Assembly: GCF_014252415.1 (NCBI RefSeq) | Contig: NZ_CP059223.1 | Span: 360,001-392,000, forward strand | DNA from: Candidatus Saccharimonadota bacterium | Lineage (GTDB): Bacteria; Bacteroidota; Bacteroidia; Flavobacteriales; Blattabacteriaceae | Reading direction: 5' to 3' | Length of the DNA stretch: 32,000 nucleotides | Shown: in pieces, positions 20,288-29,445 of the stretch | How the letters are laid out: each line of letters opens with the position of its first letter | Position numbering within the stretch: position 1 is the first letter of the stretch | Notes under the pieces: model-generated | Told to the model about the DNA's origin: nothing | The model's database searches: none | The model's input: only the letters and a program-made list of their open reading frames with translations | Made by a program: the position numbers and the translations under genes

Positions 20288-21100
20288 TTATATAATTAAT
20301 CTTTTAAAAGATAAAATTTTTAAATTGTTTTCATATTTTTTTATGTATTCATTTATTGTTATTTTATTATCTTTTATAAATAATTGATTAAGAAGTGTAT
20401 TATTCAATATTAATTTATTAATTCTCCCACAAATTATTTTTTGTAAAATTTTATGTGGTTTCTTTTCATTTTCTACTTGTTGTTTAATAATATTTTTTTC
20501 TTCATTTAATATTTTTTCTGGAAAATCATTTTCTGATATAGATATTGGATTCATAGCAACAACATGCATAGCTATATTTTTTGCTATAGATTTATCTATT
20601 TTTTTTGAAAATCCAACCAATGCAGATATTTTATGATTATGAGTATAATGTATTACATATGGTGCCTTTATTATTTCAAATATTTTTATTTCTATTCTTT
20701 CTTTAAAAATTCCTATTTTATAATTAATTACTTCATTTATAGTTTCTTTATTATCATATCTACTGTTAATAAAATCAATTTTAGAATGATATGATAAAGA
20801 TTTTTTTGAAAGATCAAAAAGAAAATTTAAAAAATCTTTATTTCTGGATAAAAAATCAGTTTCACAACTAATACCTATAATAGTTCCAAAAGAATTATCG
20901 TTTTTTACAGAAGAAACTAAAGCTCCTTCATTCATCTTATTTTTAGTAAGATTAATAGATATTTTATTTCCTATTTTTTTTAAAAAAAAAATAGCCTGTT
21001 TTATATTTCCATTAGATTTTGTTAAAGCTTTTTTACATTCCATTATTCCTATCCCAGTTAATTTTCTTAATTCATTAATTTTAGAAATTGTTATTTTCAT
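20288..21100 (-). CDS. tsf: Translation elongation factor Ts
   Basis: The N-terminal UBA-like region I.ELRKLTGIGIMECKKAL is present; 270 aa; downstream of rpsB as usual. Confidence 0.95.
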   Translation of the reverse strand: MKITISKINELRKLTGIGIMECKKALTKSNGNIKQAIFFLKKIGNKISINLTKNKMNEGALVSSVKNDNSFGTIIGISCETDFLSRNKDFLNFLFDLSKKSLSYHSKIDFINSRYDNKETINEVINYKIGIFKERIEIKIFEIIKAPYVIHYTHNHKISALVGFSKKIDKSIAKNIAMHVVAMNPISISENDFPEKILNEEKNIIKQQVENEKKPHKILQKIICGRINKLILNNTLLNQLFIKDNKITINEYIKKYENNLKILSFKRLII

Positions 21101-21143
21101 GTCATATAGATATTGTTATGTTATTTTTTTTATGGAATATATA

Positions 21144-21827
21144 TTATTTACACTTTTTTTTACAAATTATATATTCTGTTATAAACTTCAATATTAAGTT
21201 AATAGATTTAGAAGAATCATCATTAGATGGAATAGGATGATTAATATTATTAGGATTAGTATTTGTATCTACCATAGCGAATATAGGAATTCTCAATCTT
21301 TTTGCCTCTGTCAATGCTATTTTTTCTTCATTTGGATCTACAATAAATATTCCACTTGGAATATGATTCATATTAGATATAGTTCCTAAATTTTTATATA
21401 ATTTGTTATATAATCTATCAATTAATAATCTTTCCTTTTTAGACAATGTGTTAAAAGTCCCATTTTTTTTCATTTTTTCAATACTATTCATTTTCTTTAT
21501 TGACTTACGAATAGTACTAAAATTAGTTAATAATCCTCCTAACCACCTTTCTGTAATACATGGCATATTTATTTTTTTGGAATAAAAAAATATTTTTTCC
21601 TTAGCTTGAGGCTTTGTTCCTACAAATAATACTTTTTTTCCACTTTTTATTATTCTGTATATTCCATTACATGCTTCTTTTAATTTTATTATGGTTTTTG
21701 ATAAATCTATTATATGTATTCCTCCTCTTTTCATAAAAATAAAAGATCTCATATTAGGATTCCACCTTTTTGTAATATGTCCAAAATGGACTCCAGCCTT
21801 TAATAAATCTTGAGTATTAATTTCCAT
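21144..21827 (-). CDS. rpsB: 30S ribosomal protein S2
   Basis: LLKAGVHFGH...RWNP and WLGGLLTNF motifs; 227 aa. Confidence 0.97.
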   Translation of the reverse strand: MEINTQDLLKAGVHFGHITKRWNPNMRSFIFMKRGGIHIIDLSKTIIKLKEACNGIYRIIKSGKKVLFVGTKPQAKEKIFFYSKKINMPCITERWLGGLLTNFSTIRKSIKKMNSIEKMKKNGTFNTLSKKERLLIDRLYNKLYKNLGTISNMNHIPSGIFIVDPNEEKIALTEAKRLRIPIFAMVDTNTNPNNINHPIPSNDDSSKSINLILKFITEYIICKKKCK

Positions 21828-21847
21828 ATTTTTATATATAATTTAAT

Positions 21848-22231
21848 TCAACGTTTTGAAAATTGATATTTTTTTCTTGCTTTTTTTTGTCCAAATTTTT
21901 TTCTTTCTACTTCTCTAGAATCACGAGTAAGTAATCCTTCACTTTTTAATATTATTTTATTTTTTGAATTAATTTTACACATTGCACGAGAAATAGCTAA
22001 TCTAATTGCTTCTATTTGTCCATTAACACCACCTCCAGATACTCTGATAATTATATTAAATTGATTTTTAATATTTAATAATTCTATTGGATAGAATATT
22101 TTATAACGAATATATTTTGGAAAATAATTTTCCAATGTTTTAGAATTAACAGTAATTAATCCATTTCCTTCTGTGCTAATATAAATTCTTGCAGTAGATC
22201 TTTTTCTTCTTCCTATCGTATGATATATCAT
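21848..22231 (-). CDS. rpsI: 30S ribosomal protein S9
   Basis: GRRKRSTARIYI..., GGGVNGQIEAIRLAISRA and LTRDSREVERKKFGQKKARKKYQFSKR motifs. Confidence 0.97.
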   Translation of the reverse strand: MIYHTIGRRKRSTARIYISTEGNGLITVNSKTLENYFPKYIRYKIFYPIELLNIKNQFNIIIRVSGGGVNGQIEAIRLAISRAMCKINSKNKIILKSEGLLTRDSREVERKKFGQKKARKKYQFSKR

Positions 22232-22241
22232 TTTTTTAATT

Positions 22242-22685
22242 TTATTTTATTAGAATAGGATTTTGAGCTTTATGATTATGTTTTTCATCATGATATACAT
22301 AAAGATTTTTTTTAAATATTTTTCTTGATAAGCGATTTTTTGGTAGCATTCTTTCTACTGATTTATATATCAATATTCTTGAATCTTTATAAAATAAATC
22401 TTTAGCAAAGATTATTTTTTTACCTCCTGGATAACCAGTATAACGAATATATTTTTTATTATTCCATTTATTTCCACTAAGTTTAATTTTGTTAGAATTG
22501 AGCACTATTACATAGTCACCACAATCCATATGTGGAGAAAAAAAAGATTTATGCTTACCCATAATAATATGTACAATTTTTGATGATAATCTACCTAAAA
22601 TTTGATTAGATGCATCTATCATAATCCATGATTTATTTATCAAATTTTTTTTTACCGAAATGGTTTTAAAACTTAATGAATCCAT
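22242..22685 (-). CDS. rplM: 50S ribosomal protein L13
   Basis: W.MIDASNQILGRLSSKIVHIIMGKHK and YTGYPGG motifs. I chose the ATG at 22685 (MDSLSFKT...). The 8 upstream codons in the ORF track are not conserved. Confidence 0.96.
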   Translation of the reverse strand: MDSLSFKTISVKKNLINKSWIMIDASNQILGRLSSKIVHIIMGKHKSFFSPHMDCGDYVIVLNSNKIKLSGNKWNNKKYIRYTGYPGGKKIIFAKDLFYKDSRILIYKSVERMLPKNRLSRKIFKKNLYVYHDEKHNHKAQNPILIK

Positions 22686-22868
22686 AATATAAAAAATTAA
22701 ATATAACAATATTTTAAAGATAATTTTTTTTTATGACAAAAAGTCATTTTTTTTATTGATTTTTATTGTCATATATTATGATTTATTTATTGATATATGG
22801 TTTTATTTTCACTATGGCATAATGATTGAGGAATTGTTTTAATGACTATTTATGAATAAAATATAAAA
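22686..22868. promoter_or_regulatory. Divergent intergenic region between rplM and dnaK; it must carry the promoters for both units
   Basis: This is the largest non-coding stretch in the window and separates genes transcribed in opposite directions. It contains ATGAC/GTCAT motifs at 22733, 22743, 22768 and 22842, and TTTATTGAT/TTTATTGTC motifs at 22752, 22762 and 22786. A weak match to the Bacteroidota -7 box (TAnnTTTG) is TATTTATG at 22847-22854, with TTG at 22826-22828. No promoter is proven. Confidence 0.4.
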
Positions 22869-24761
22869 ATGAGTAAAATTATAGGTATAGATTTAGGAAC
22901 TACAAATTCTTGTGTAGCAGTAATGGAAGTTAATGATCCTAATGTTATTCAAAATTCTGAAGGAAAAAGAACAACTCCATCTGTAGTTGCATTTGTAAAA
23001 GGTGGGGAAAGAAAAATAGGGGATCCAGCAAAAAGACAAGCTGTTACTAATCCTAAAAAAACTATTTTTTCTATTAAAAGGTTTATGGGAAGAACATATT
23101 CAGAAATATCTGAGGAATTAAAACATATACCTTACAAAGTAATAAAAGGTGGAAATAATACACCTCGTGTTAGTATAGATAATAGATTATACGCACCTCA
23201 AGAAATTTCTGCAATGATTTTACAAAAAATGAAAAAAACTGCAGAAGATTATTTAGGACAAGAAATTAAAAAAGCAGTAATTACTGTACCTGCTTATTTT
23301 AATGATGCACAAAGACAAGCAACAAAAGAATCTGGAGAAATTGCTGGTCTTAAAGTAGAAAGAATTATAAATGAACCTACTGCTGCTGCTTTAGCATATG
23401 GATTAGATAAAAGTAATCAAAATAAAAAAATTGTAGTATATGATTTAGGAGGTGGTACTTTTGATGTGTCTATTTTAGAATTAGGAGATGGAGTATTTGA
23501 AGTACTTTCTACTAATGGTGATACTCATTTAGGAGGAGACAATTTTGATCAAGTAATTATAGATTATCTTGCAAATACTTTTAAATCTAAAGAAGGATTA
23601 GACTTAAGAAAAGATCCAATGGCTTTACAACGTTTAAAAGAAGCTTCTGAAAAAGCAAAAATAGAATTATCTTCATCTAGTCAAACAGAAATTAATCTAC
23701 CTTATATAACAGCTACAGAATCCGGTCCAAAACATTTAGTTGTAACTTTGACAAGATCTAAATTTGAACATCTTTCTGATTCTTTAATTAGAAGATCAAT
23801 AAGTCCTTGTTCAAAAGCACTAAAAGATGCAAATTTATCTACTAAAAATATTAATGAAGTGATTTTAGTTGGAGGATCTACTCGTATACCAAAAGTTCAA
23901 AAAGAAGTAGAAAATTTTTTTGGTATCAAACCATCAAAAGGAGTTAATCCAGATGAAGTAGTAGCCATAGGAGCAGCGATACAAGGAGGAGTTTTAACTG
24001 GAGACGTACAAGATGTATTATTACTGGATGTAACACCTTTATCTTTAGGAATAGAAACTTTAGGAGGAGTTTTTACTAAATTAATTGAATCTAATACTAC
24101 TATACCAACAAAAAAATCAGAAATATTTTCAACAGCATCAGATAATCAACCTGCAGTAACTATAAGAGTTGGACAAGGAGAAAGATCAATGTTTAAAGAT
24201 AATAAGGAAATAGGAAGATTTGATTTAGTAGATATACCTCCATCACCTAGGGGTGTACCACAAATAGAAGTAACATTTGATATAGATGCTAACGGAATAC
24301 TTAATGTATCAGCTAAAAATAAAGGAACTGGAAAAGAACAATCTATTCGAATAGAGACATCTTCTGGATTAAACCAAGATGAAATTGAAAGAATGAAAAA
24401 GGAAGCTAAAGAAAATGAAAAAAATGATGAAACTATTAAGAAAAAAATAGATAAATTAAATTTAATAGATAATCAAATTTTTCAATTTGAAAAACAATTA
24501 AAAGATTATGGTAAAAAATTATCAGAAAATAATAGAAAAAAAATAGAAAATTCTATGAAAGAATTAAAAGAATTTTATCAAAAAAAGAATTTAAATGCTG
24601 TTGATAATTCTATAAAAAAACTTAACGAACTTTGGAGTAAATCATTACAAGATATTAATAATCCTAATAAATCTAAAGAAGAAAAAAATAATGATAATAA
24701 AAAAAATAATAAAAAAAATGGAGAAAATGTACAAGATGTTGATTATGAAGAAGTAAAATAA
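22869..24761 (+). CDS. dnaK: Molecular chaperone DnaK (Hsp70)
   Basis: 630 aa. The motifs [26 protein letters not shown] and [14 protein letters not shown] and the C-terminus DVDYEEVK are present. Confidence 0.99.
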   Translation: MSKIIGIDLGTTNSCVAVMEVNDPNVIQNSEGKRTTPSVVAFVKGGERKIGDPAKRQAVTNPKKTIFSIKRFMGRTYSEISEELKHIPYKVIKGGNNTPRVSIDNRLYAPQEISAMILQKMKKTAEDYLGQEIKKAVITVPAYFNDAQRQATKESGEIAGLKVERIINEPTAAALAYGLDKSNQNKKIVVYDLGGGTFDVSILELGDGVFEVLSTNGDTHLGGDNFDQVIIDYLANTFKSKEGLDLRKDPMALQRLKEASEKAKIELSSSSQTEINLPYITATESGPKHLVVTLTRSKFEHLSDSLIRRSISPCSKALKDANLSTKNINEVILVGGSTRIPKVQKEVENFFGIKPSKGVNPDEVVAIGAAIQGGVLTGDVQDVLLLDVTPLSLGIETLGGVFTKLIESNTTIPTKKSEIFSTASDNQPAVTIRVGQGERSMFKDNKEIGRFDLVDIPPSPRGVPQIEVTFDIDANGILNVSAKNKGTGKEQSIRIETSSGLNQDEIERMKKEAKENEKNDETIKKKIDKLNLIDNQIFQFEKQLKDYGKKLSENNRKKIENSMKELKEFYQKKNLNAVDNSIKKLNELWSKSLQDINNPNKSKEEKNNDNKKNNKKNGENVQDVDYEEVK

Positions 24762-24783
24762 ACAATAATTAATAAAGGGAGTT

Positions 24784-25443
24784 TTATTTTGGAAGAATAG
24801 ATATGTCAGTAATTCCTCCTATAACTTTTTCTCCCTTTTTTACTAATATTTTGGAATCAATAGGAACAAAAATATCTACTCTAGATCCAAATTTAATAAA
24901 TCCAAGATCATCTCTTTTATTTACTATAGATTTTTCTTTAGCATAACATACAATACGTCTTGCTATAAAACCGGCTATTTGTCTTAACAAAATTTTTTTT
25001 TCATTTATTGTTTGTATTACTACAGTAGTATGTTCATTTTTTAATGAAGATTTTTTTAACCAAGCAATTAAATGTTTTCCAGGATGATATTTTACATAAA
25101 TAATTTTACCAGAAATTGGATATCTATTTACATGTAAATCAAATGGTGACATAAAAATAGAGATTTTTATACACTTTGTTTTTAAATATTCATTTTCAAA
25201 AATTTTTTTTATTGTTAATATTTTTCCATCAGCAGGGGATACTAAAACATTTTTTTCAATTTTATTCAAAAAATATCTTGTAGGATTTCTAAAAAAAAAT
25301 AGAAAAAATGAATAAATAATGGATAAAAAAAACAAGGTAGTAATAAAATAAATTTTTGGTAATAAAAAAAAAGTTATTATCGATATAATTAACAAAAAAA
25401 TTATTGTATATAGTAAAAAAGATTTACCTTCTTTGTGTATCAT
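24784..25443 (-). CDS. psd: Phosphatidylserine decarboxylase proenzyme (short form)
   Basis: 219 aa with N-terminal transmembrane segments and the self-cleavage region FIKFGSRVDIFVP near the C-terminus. It is coupled to cdsA by an ATGA overlap. Confidence 0.9.
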   Translation of the reverse strand: MIHKEGKSFLLYTIIFLLIISIITFFLLPKIYFITTLFFLSIIYSFFLFFFRNPTRYFLNKIEKNVLVSPADGKILTIKKIFENEYLKTKCIKISIFMSPFDLHVNRYPISGKIIYVKYHPGKHLIAWLKKSSLKNEHTTVVIQTINEKKILLRQIAGFIARRIVCYAKEKSIVNKRDDLGFIKFGSRVDIFVPIDSKILVKKGEKVIGGITDISILPK

Positions 25444-26258
25444 AATTGAAAAAAATGATAAAAACCAAGTAATGTTACAAATATTATTGGAATAACGAAA
25501 ATAAAACTATCTAATCTATCAAAAAATCCTCCGTGTCCTGGAAACCAAATACCAGAATTTTTTACTCCATAAGATCTTTTTATAGTTGATTCTATAAGAT
25601 CGCCAATAGTCCCAAATATTGATATTATAAACGAAAAGAATAACCAATATTTTTCTTCCCATATTTTGGATAATACAATTCCTATTATTATACAAAATAA
25701 TAATCCTCCAAAACACCCCTCTATAGATTTTTTTGGGGATATAGATATAGATATTTTATTTTTTCCCCATTTTTTACCAACTACGTAAGATAATGAATCA
25801 TTTATCCATATTAAAATAAATATTCCTAATATCATTTTTTTTCCATATAATGAATATATATAACATGATATAAAAAAAGGAACTACAATATATGTTAATC
25901 CAAATAATATATTTTTAATATTTATCATTTTTTCTTCATAAGAAGATTTATTGAATAACTGTATAATGGAAAAAAATAAAAAATAATAGAAAAAACCCAT
26001 TATATATAAAATTAATCCATTTTTTACAAAAAAAATATCTACAATAATAATTATAAGAAACAGTAAAAATACTAGTTTTTTTAAGAAAATTTTTGTATTC
26101 GATATCATTAGAAATTCAGTTAAACAAATAAATGAAAATAACATCATCATAATTCTAAATAATTTATCTCCTTTTTCTATAGAAAAAATAATTATAATTA
26201 TATGGATGATACCTGAAAAAATTCTTATTAAGAAATCTAAATTTTTTTTTTTTATCAT
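25440..26258 (-). CDS. cdsA: Phosphatidate cytidylyltransferase (CDP-diglyceride synthase)
   Basis: Polytopic membrane protein with the CdsA signature STIKRSYGVKNSGIWFPGHGGFFDRLDS. Confidence 0.94.
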   Translation of the reverse strand: MIKKKNLDFLIRIFSGIIHIIIIIFSIEKGDKLFRIMMMLFSFICLTEFLMISNTKIFLKKLVFLLFLIIIIVDIFFVKNGLILYIMGFFYYFLFFSIIQLFNKSSYEEKMINIKNILFGLTYIVVPFFISCYIYSLYGKKMILGIFILIWINDSLSYVVGKKWGKNKISISISPKKSIEGCFGGLLFCIIIGIVLSKIWEEKYWLFFSFIISIFGTIGDLIESTIKRSYGVKNSGIWFPGHGGFFDRLDSFIFVIPIIFVTLLGFYHFFQL

Positions 26259-26271
26259 AAAAATACCTTAC

Positions 26272-28242
26272 TTAATTATTATTCAATGTTGTAGGAAAAT
26301 TAAATTTTTTTTTTCTTAATAAATCATCTATTTCATCAGGAAATGGTCTTTCTCCAAAGATTTTTTTTAAATCTTCTCTAAATAAAACTTCTTTTTCTAA
26401 AAGTTTATTTGCTAACATATCTAATTTTTTTTCGTTAATTTTTAATATATCTATAGCTCTTTTATATTGTTCTTTAATAATTTTAGATATTTCCTCATCT
26501 ATAATTTGAGCAGTTTTTTCACTATAAGGTTTTGAAAAATTAAATTCATTTTGTCCTGTAGAATCATAATAAGATATATTTCCAATTTTTTCATTTAATC
26601 CAAAAATAGCAACCATAGATTGTGCTTGTTTTGTTACTCTTTCTAAATCATTTAAAGCCCCAGTTGAAATAGAGTTAAAAGCAATTTTTTCTGCTGATCT
26701 TCCAGCTAATAGAGAACATATTTCATCTTTCATTTGTTCAGGAGTAGTTAACTGACGTTCTTCTGGTAAATACCATGCAGATCCTAATGATTTTCCTCTA
26801 GGTATTATAGTAACTTTAACTAGAGGTGCTGCATGTTCTAATAACCAACTTATTATTGCATGACCCGATTCATGATAAGCAATTCTTTTTTTTTCGTTAG
26901 GTTTTATTATTTTATTTTTTTTTTCTAATCCACCTATTATTCGATCAATTGCTTCTAAAAAATCTTTATGAACTATTGATTCTCCATTTTTTCTAGCAGC
27001 AATAAGTGCAGATTCGTTACAAACATTTGCTATATCAGCACCACTAAATCCAGGGGTTTGCCTTGCTAAAAAATCTATGTCTACATTTTTAGATAAAACT
27101 AATTTTTTTAAATGGACATAAAATATTTCTTTTCTTTCATTTAATTCTGGAGGATCAACTATAATAGTTCTATCAAAACGACCTGGTCGTAATAAGGCTT
27201 TATCTAAAATATCGGATCGATTAGTCGCTGCTAATACAATTACATTAGTATTTGTTCCAAACCCATCCATTTCTGTTAATAATTGATTTAATGTGTTTTC
27301 TCTTTCATCATTTGAACCCGCTATACTACTTTTTCCCCGTGCTCTACCTATTGCATCTATTTCATCTATAAATATTATACATGGAGATTTCTCTTTTGCT
27401 TTATCAAATAAATCTCTTACTCTAGACGCGCCTACACCAACAAACATTTCTACAAAATCTGATCCAGATAATGAAAAAAATGGGACTTTTGCTTCTCCAG
27501 CTACTGCTTTTGCTAATAAAGTTTTTCCTGTTCCTGGAGGACCTATTAATAAAGCTCCTTTAGGTATTTTTCCTCCTAATTTTGTATACTTATTTGGATT
27601 TTTTAAAAATTCCACTATTTCCTCAACTTCTTCCTTAGCTCCTTCCAATCCAGCTACGTCTTTAAATGTAATTTTAACATTATCGTTTTCATCAAATAAT
27701 TTAGCTTTTGATTTTCCAATATTAAATATTTGTCCACCTGGACCACCTCCTGTAGTACTTATTCTTCTAAATAAAAAAATCCAGAATAATATCAATAATA
27801 TAAAAAATATTCCATAATCAAAAAAAAATTTTGTTATAGTATAATCTTGTTGATTTTTGAAATCAATAATAGTATCTAAATTGTATTTTTTTTTATATTC
27901 TTCAAATTTATTTTGAAATAATTGTAAATCTCCTATTTCAAACTCATATTGTAATGAATTTTTTTGTACAACAAAATTTTTTTCATTATTATTGATACTT
28001 TCAATGGGATTATCATATTGATATTTATTAATTAAATCTTTTTTTAAATAAACATTTACAATTTCTTTATGTTTTACAATAATTCTATCTATTTTTCCTT
28101 TTGAAAGAATATTAAAAAATGTATCCTGATCTATTTTTTTTGGATTAGAGAAAGAAGATTTTAGAAAAAAAATACCTAAAAATATAATAAATATTGCAAT
28201 ATAAATCCAGAAAAAATTATTTCTATTTTTTTTACTTATCAT
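26272..28242 (-). CDS. ftsH: ATP-dependent zinc metalloprotease FtsH
   Basis: 656 aa. It has Walker A GPPGTGKT, Walker [10 protein letters not shown], the second region of homology, and the zinc site HESGHA. Confidence 0.99.
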   Translation of the reverse strand: MISKKNRNNFFWIYIAIFIIFLGIFFLKSSFSNPKKIDQDTFFNILSKGKIDRIIVKHKEIVNVYLKKDLINKYQYDNPIESINNNEKNFVVQKNSLQYEFEIGDLQLFQNKFEEYKKKYNLDTIIDFKNQQDYTITKFFFDYGIFFILLILFWIFLFRRISTTGGGPGGQIFNIGKSKAKLFDENDNVKITFKDVAGLEGAKEEVEEIVEFLKNPNKYTKLGGKIPKGALLIGPPGTGKTLLAKAVAGEAKVPFFSLSGSDFVEMFVGVGASRVRDLFDKAKEKSPCIIFIDEIDAIGRARGKSSIAGSNDERENTLNQLLTEMDGFGTNTNVIVLAATNRSDILDKALLRPGRFDRTIIVDPPELNERKEIFYVHLKKLVLSKNVDIDFLARQTPGFSGADIANVCNESALIAARKNGESIVHKDFLEAIDRIIGGLEKKNKIIKPNEKKRIAYHESGHAIISWLLEHAAPLVKVTIIPRGKSLGSAWYLPEERQLTTPEQMKDEICSLLAGRSAEKIAFNSISTGALNDLERVTKQAQSMVAIFGLNEKIGNISYYDSTGQNEFNFSKPYSEKTAQIIDEEISKIIKEQYKRAIDILKINEKKLDMLANKLLEKEVLFREDLKKIFGERPFPDEIDDLLRKKKFNFPTTLNNN

Positions 28243-28313
28243 ATAACAAATTTCTCCATTTAATATTTAATATAAAAGAAAATATATTGTTTTTGTGAAA
28301 ACAAACATATTTT

Positions 28314-28625
28314 CTATTTCCAAAGATTTTCTATATCATAGTAATATCTTTTTTTTTCTATAAAAATATGTACCACAATAGTAATATAATCAACCAAAAT
28401 CCACTCTTTATTTCTCAATCCTTCTATATGCCATGGCTTAGTTTCTAACTCGTTTTTTATAATTTTTTCTACAGATTGAGAAATTGCATGAACTTGATTT
28501 CTAGAATTACCATTACAAACAACAAAATAATCACATATAAAGTTATTTTTATATTTTAAATCAATAATAGAAATATTTTCTCCTTTAACTAATTGAATTC
28601 CTTTTACAATTTTTTTTAGTAACAA
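28314..28625 (-). CDS. rsfS: Ribosomal silencing factor RsfS
   Basis: 103 aa; the segment DYFVVCNGNSRNQVHAISQSVEK....HIEGL....WILVDY..IVVHIF matches the RsfS/iojap family. The only available start is TTG at 28623-28625. Confidence 0.9.
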   Translation of the reverse strand: MLLKKIVKGIQLVKGENISIIDLKYKNNFICDYFVVCNGNSRNQVHAISQSVEKIIKNELETKPWHIEGLRNKEWILVDYITIVVHIFIEKKRYYYDIENLWK

Positions 28626-28683
28626 AATAAAAATTTTTTTATTAAAAATAATATTTTCATTTTAAAAAAAAATAAATTTACTA
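28626..28683. promoter_or_regulatory. Short divergent intergenic region between rsfS and birA
   Basis: A 58-bp spacer made entirely of A and T separates divergently transcribed genes. Promoter function is inferred from gene orientation only. Confidence 0.3.
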
Positions 28684-29445
28684 ATGCAAATAAAATTTAT
28701 TTGGCCAATAAATGTATTCTTTTTAAAAGAGACTAAATCTACTAATAAATTTTCTAAAAAATATCTTGATCAAATACTTTTTTATTTTAAAAATTGGATA
28801 ATTATTAAATCTGAATATCAAACTAATGGGAAAGGACAATCAGGTAATTGGTTTTCAGAATATGGAAAAAATTTAACATTTAGTCTAATTTTTAAACCAA
28901 AAAAAATATATGATTCATATATAATAAATATTATTATAAGTAATGCTATTCATAAATTTTTATCAAAAAAATTAAATTATCCAGTATGGATTAAATGGCC
29001 TAATGATATCATAATAAATAATAAAAAGATAGGAGGGATTTTAATTGAAAATAATTTTATATCTAAAAAAATATATATATCCATAGTTGGAATAGGAATA
29101 AATATAAAACAAAAAAAATTTAATAAAAATTGGAATTCAACTTCTTTAAAGAATATATTTAATAATATAAATTTTGATATAAATCATATACTTTATAATA
29201 TTACATTTTTTATCCAAAAAGAATATTTATTGTTTATAACAAATGGAAAAAATATTATAAAACAGTATTATATTCATTATCTATATTTAAAAGATAAAAT
29301 GTCAAATTTTTTTTCTTTTAAAGAAAAAATTTCTTTTTGTGGAGTTATAAAATCTATTGATAAAAAAGGATTTCTTTTAATAGAAGTTAATGGAAAATTA
29401 AAATCTTTTTATCAAAAAGAAATAAAATTTTTTATAAAAAACTAA
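28684..29445 (+). CDS. birA: Biotin--[acetyl-CoA-carboxylase] ligase, group I (no N-terminal HTH domain)
   Basis: 253 aa. SEYQTNGKGQSGNWFSEYGKNLTFSLIF aligns with E. coli BirA [28 protein letters not shown], and the KWPNDI and KIGGILIE motifs are present. Confidence 0.9.
   Translation: MQIKFIWPINVFFLKETKSTNKFSKKYLDQILFYFKNWIIIKSEYQTNGKGQSGNWFSEYGKNLTFSLIFKPKKIYDSYIINIIISNAIHKFLSKKLNYPVWIKWPNDIIINNKKIGGILIENNFISKKIYISIVGIGINIKQKKFNKNWNSTSLKNIFNNINFDINHILYNITFFIQKEYLLFITNGKNIIKQYYIHYLYLKDKMSNFFSFKEKISFCGVIKSIDKKGFLLIEVNGKLKSFYQKEIKFFIKN

Noticed and set aside
4022-21585. Other short plus-strand ORFs in the track: 4022-4207, 5320-5580, 16983-17249, 17426-17659, 18358-18564 and 21403-21585.
   Set aside because: Each is antisense to a conserved gene (rpsM, secY, fusA/rpsG, rpsG/rpsL, map, rpsB) and is low-complexity and hydrophobic. 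These are artefacts of A/T-rich sequence.
22778-22822. Mini-ORFs in the rplM-dnaK spacer: MIYLLIYGFIFTMA at 22778-22822 and MTKSHFFY from 22733.
   Set aside because: They are too short, have only compositional character, and nothing indicates translation or conservation.
25519-25716. Minus-strand 65-aa ORF nested in cdsA.
   Set aside because: It lies out of frame inside a well-supported cdsA coding region and has no conserved features.
27293-27817. Plus-strand 174-aa ORF.
   Set aside because: It lies entirely antisense to the highly conserved AAA+ domain of ftsH. Long antisense ORFs of this kind are expected opposite conserved genes and it has no recognisable motifs.
28288-28304. Inverted repeat TTGTTTT-GTG-AAAACAA downstream of rsfS, followed on the minus strand by a T-rich stretch. 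This is a possible intrinsic terminator ahead of ftsH.
   Set aside because: The 7-bp stem has a single G:C pair and a 3-nt loop. Hairpins this weak arise by chance in A/T-rich DNA, so it is not reported as a feature.
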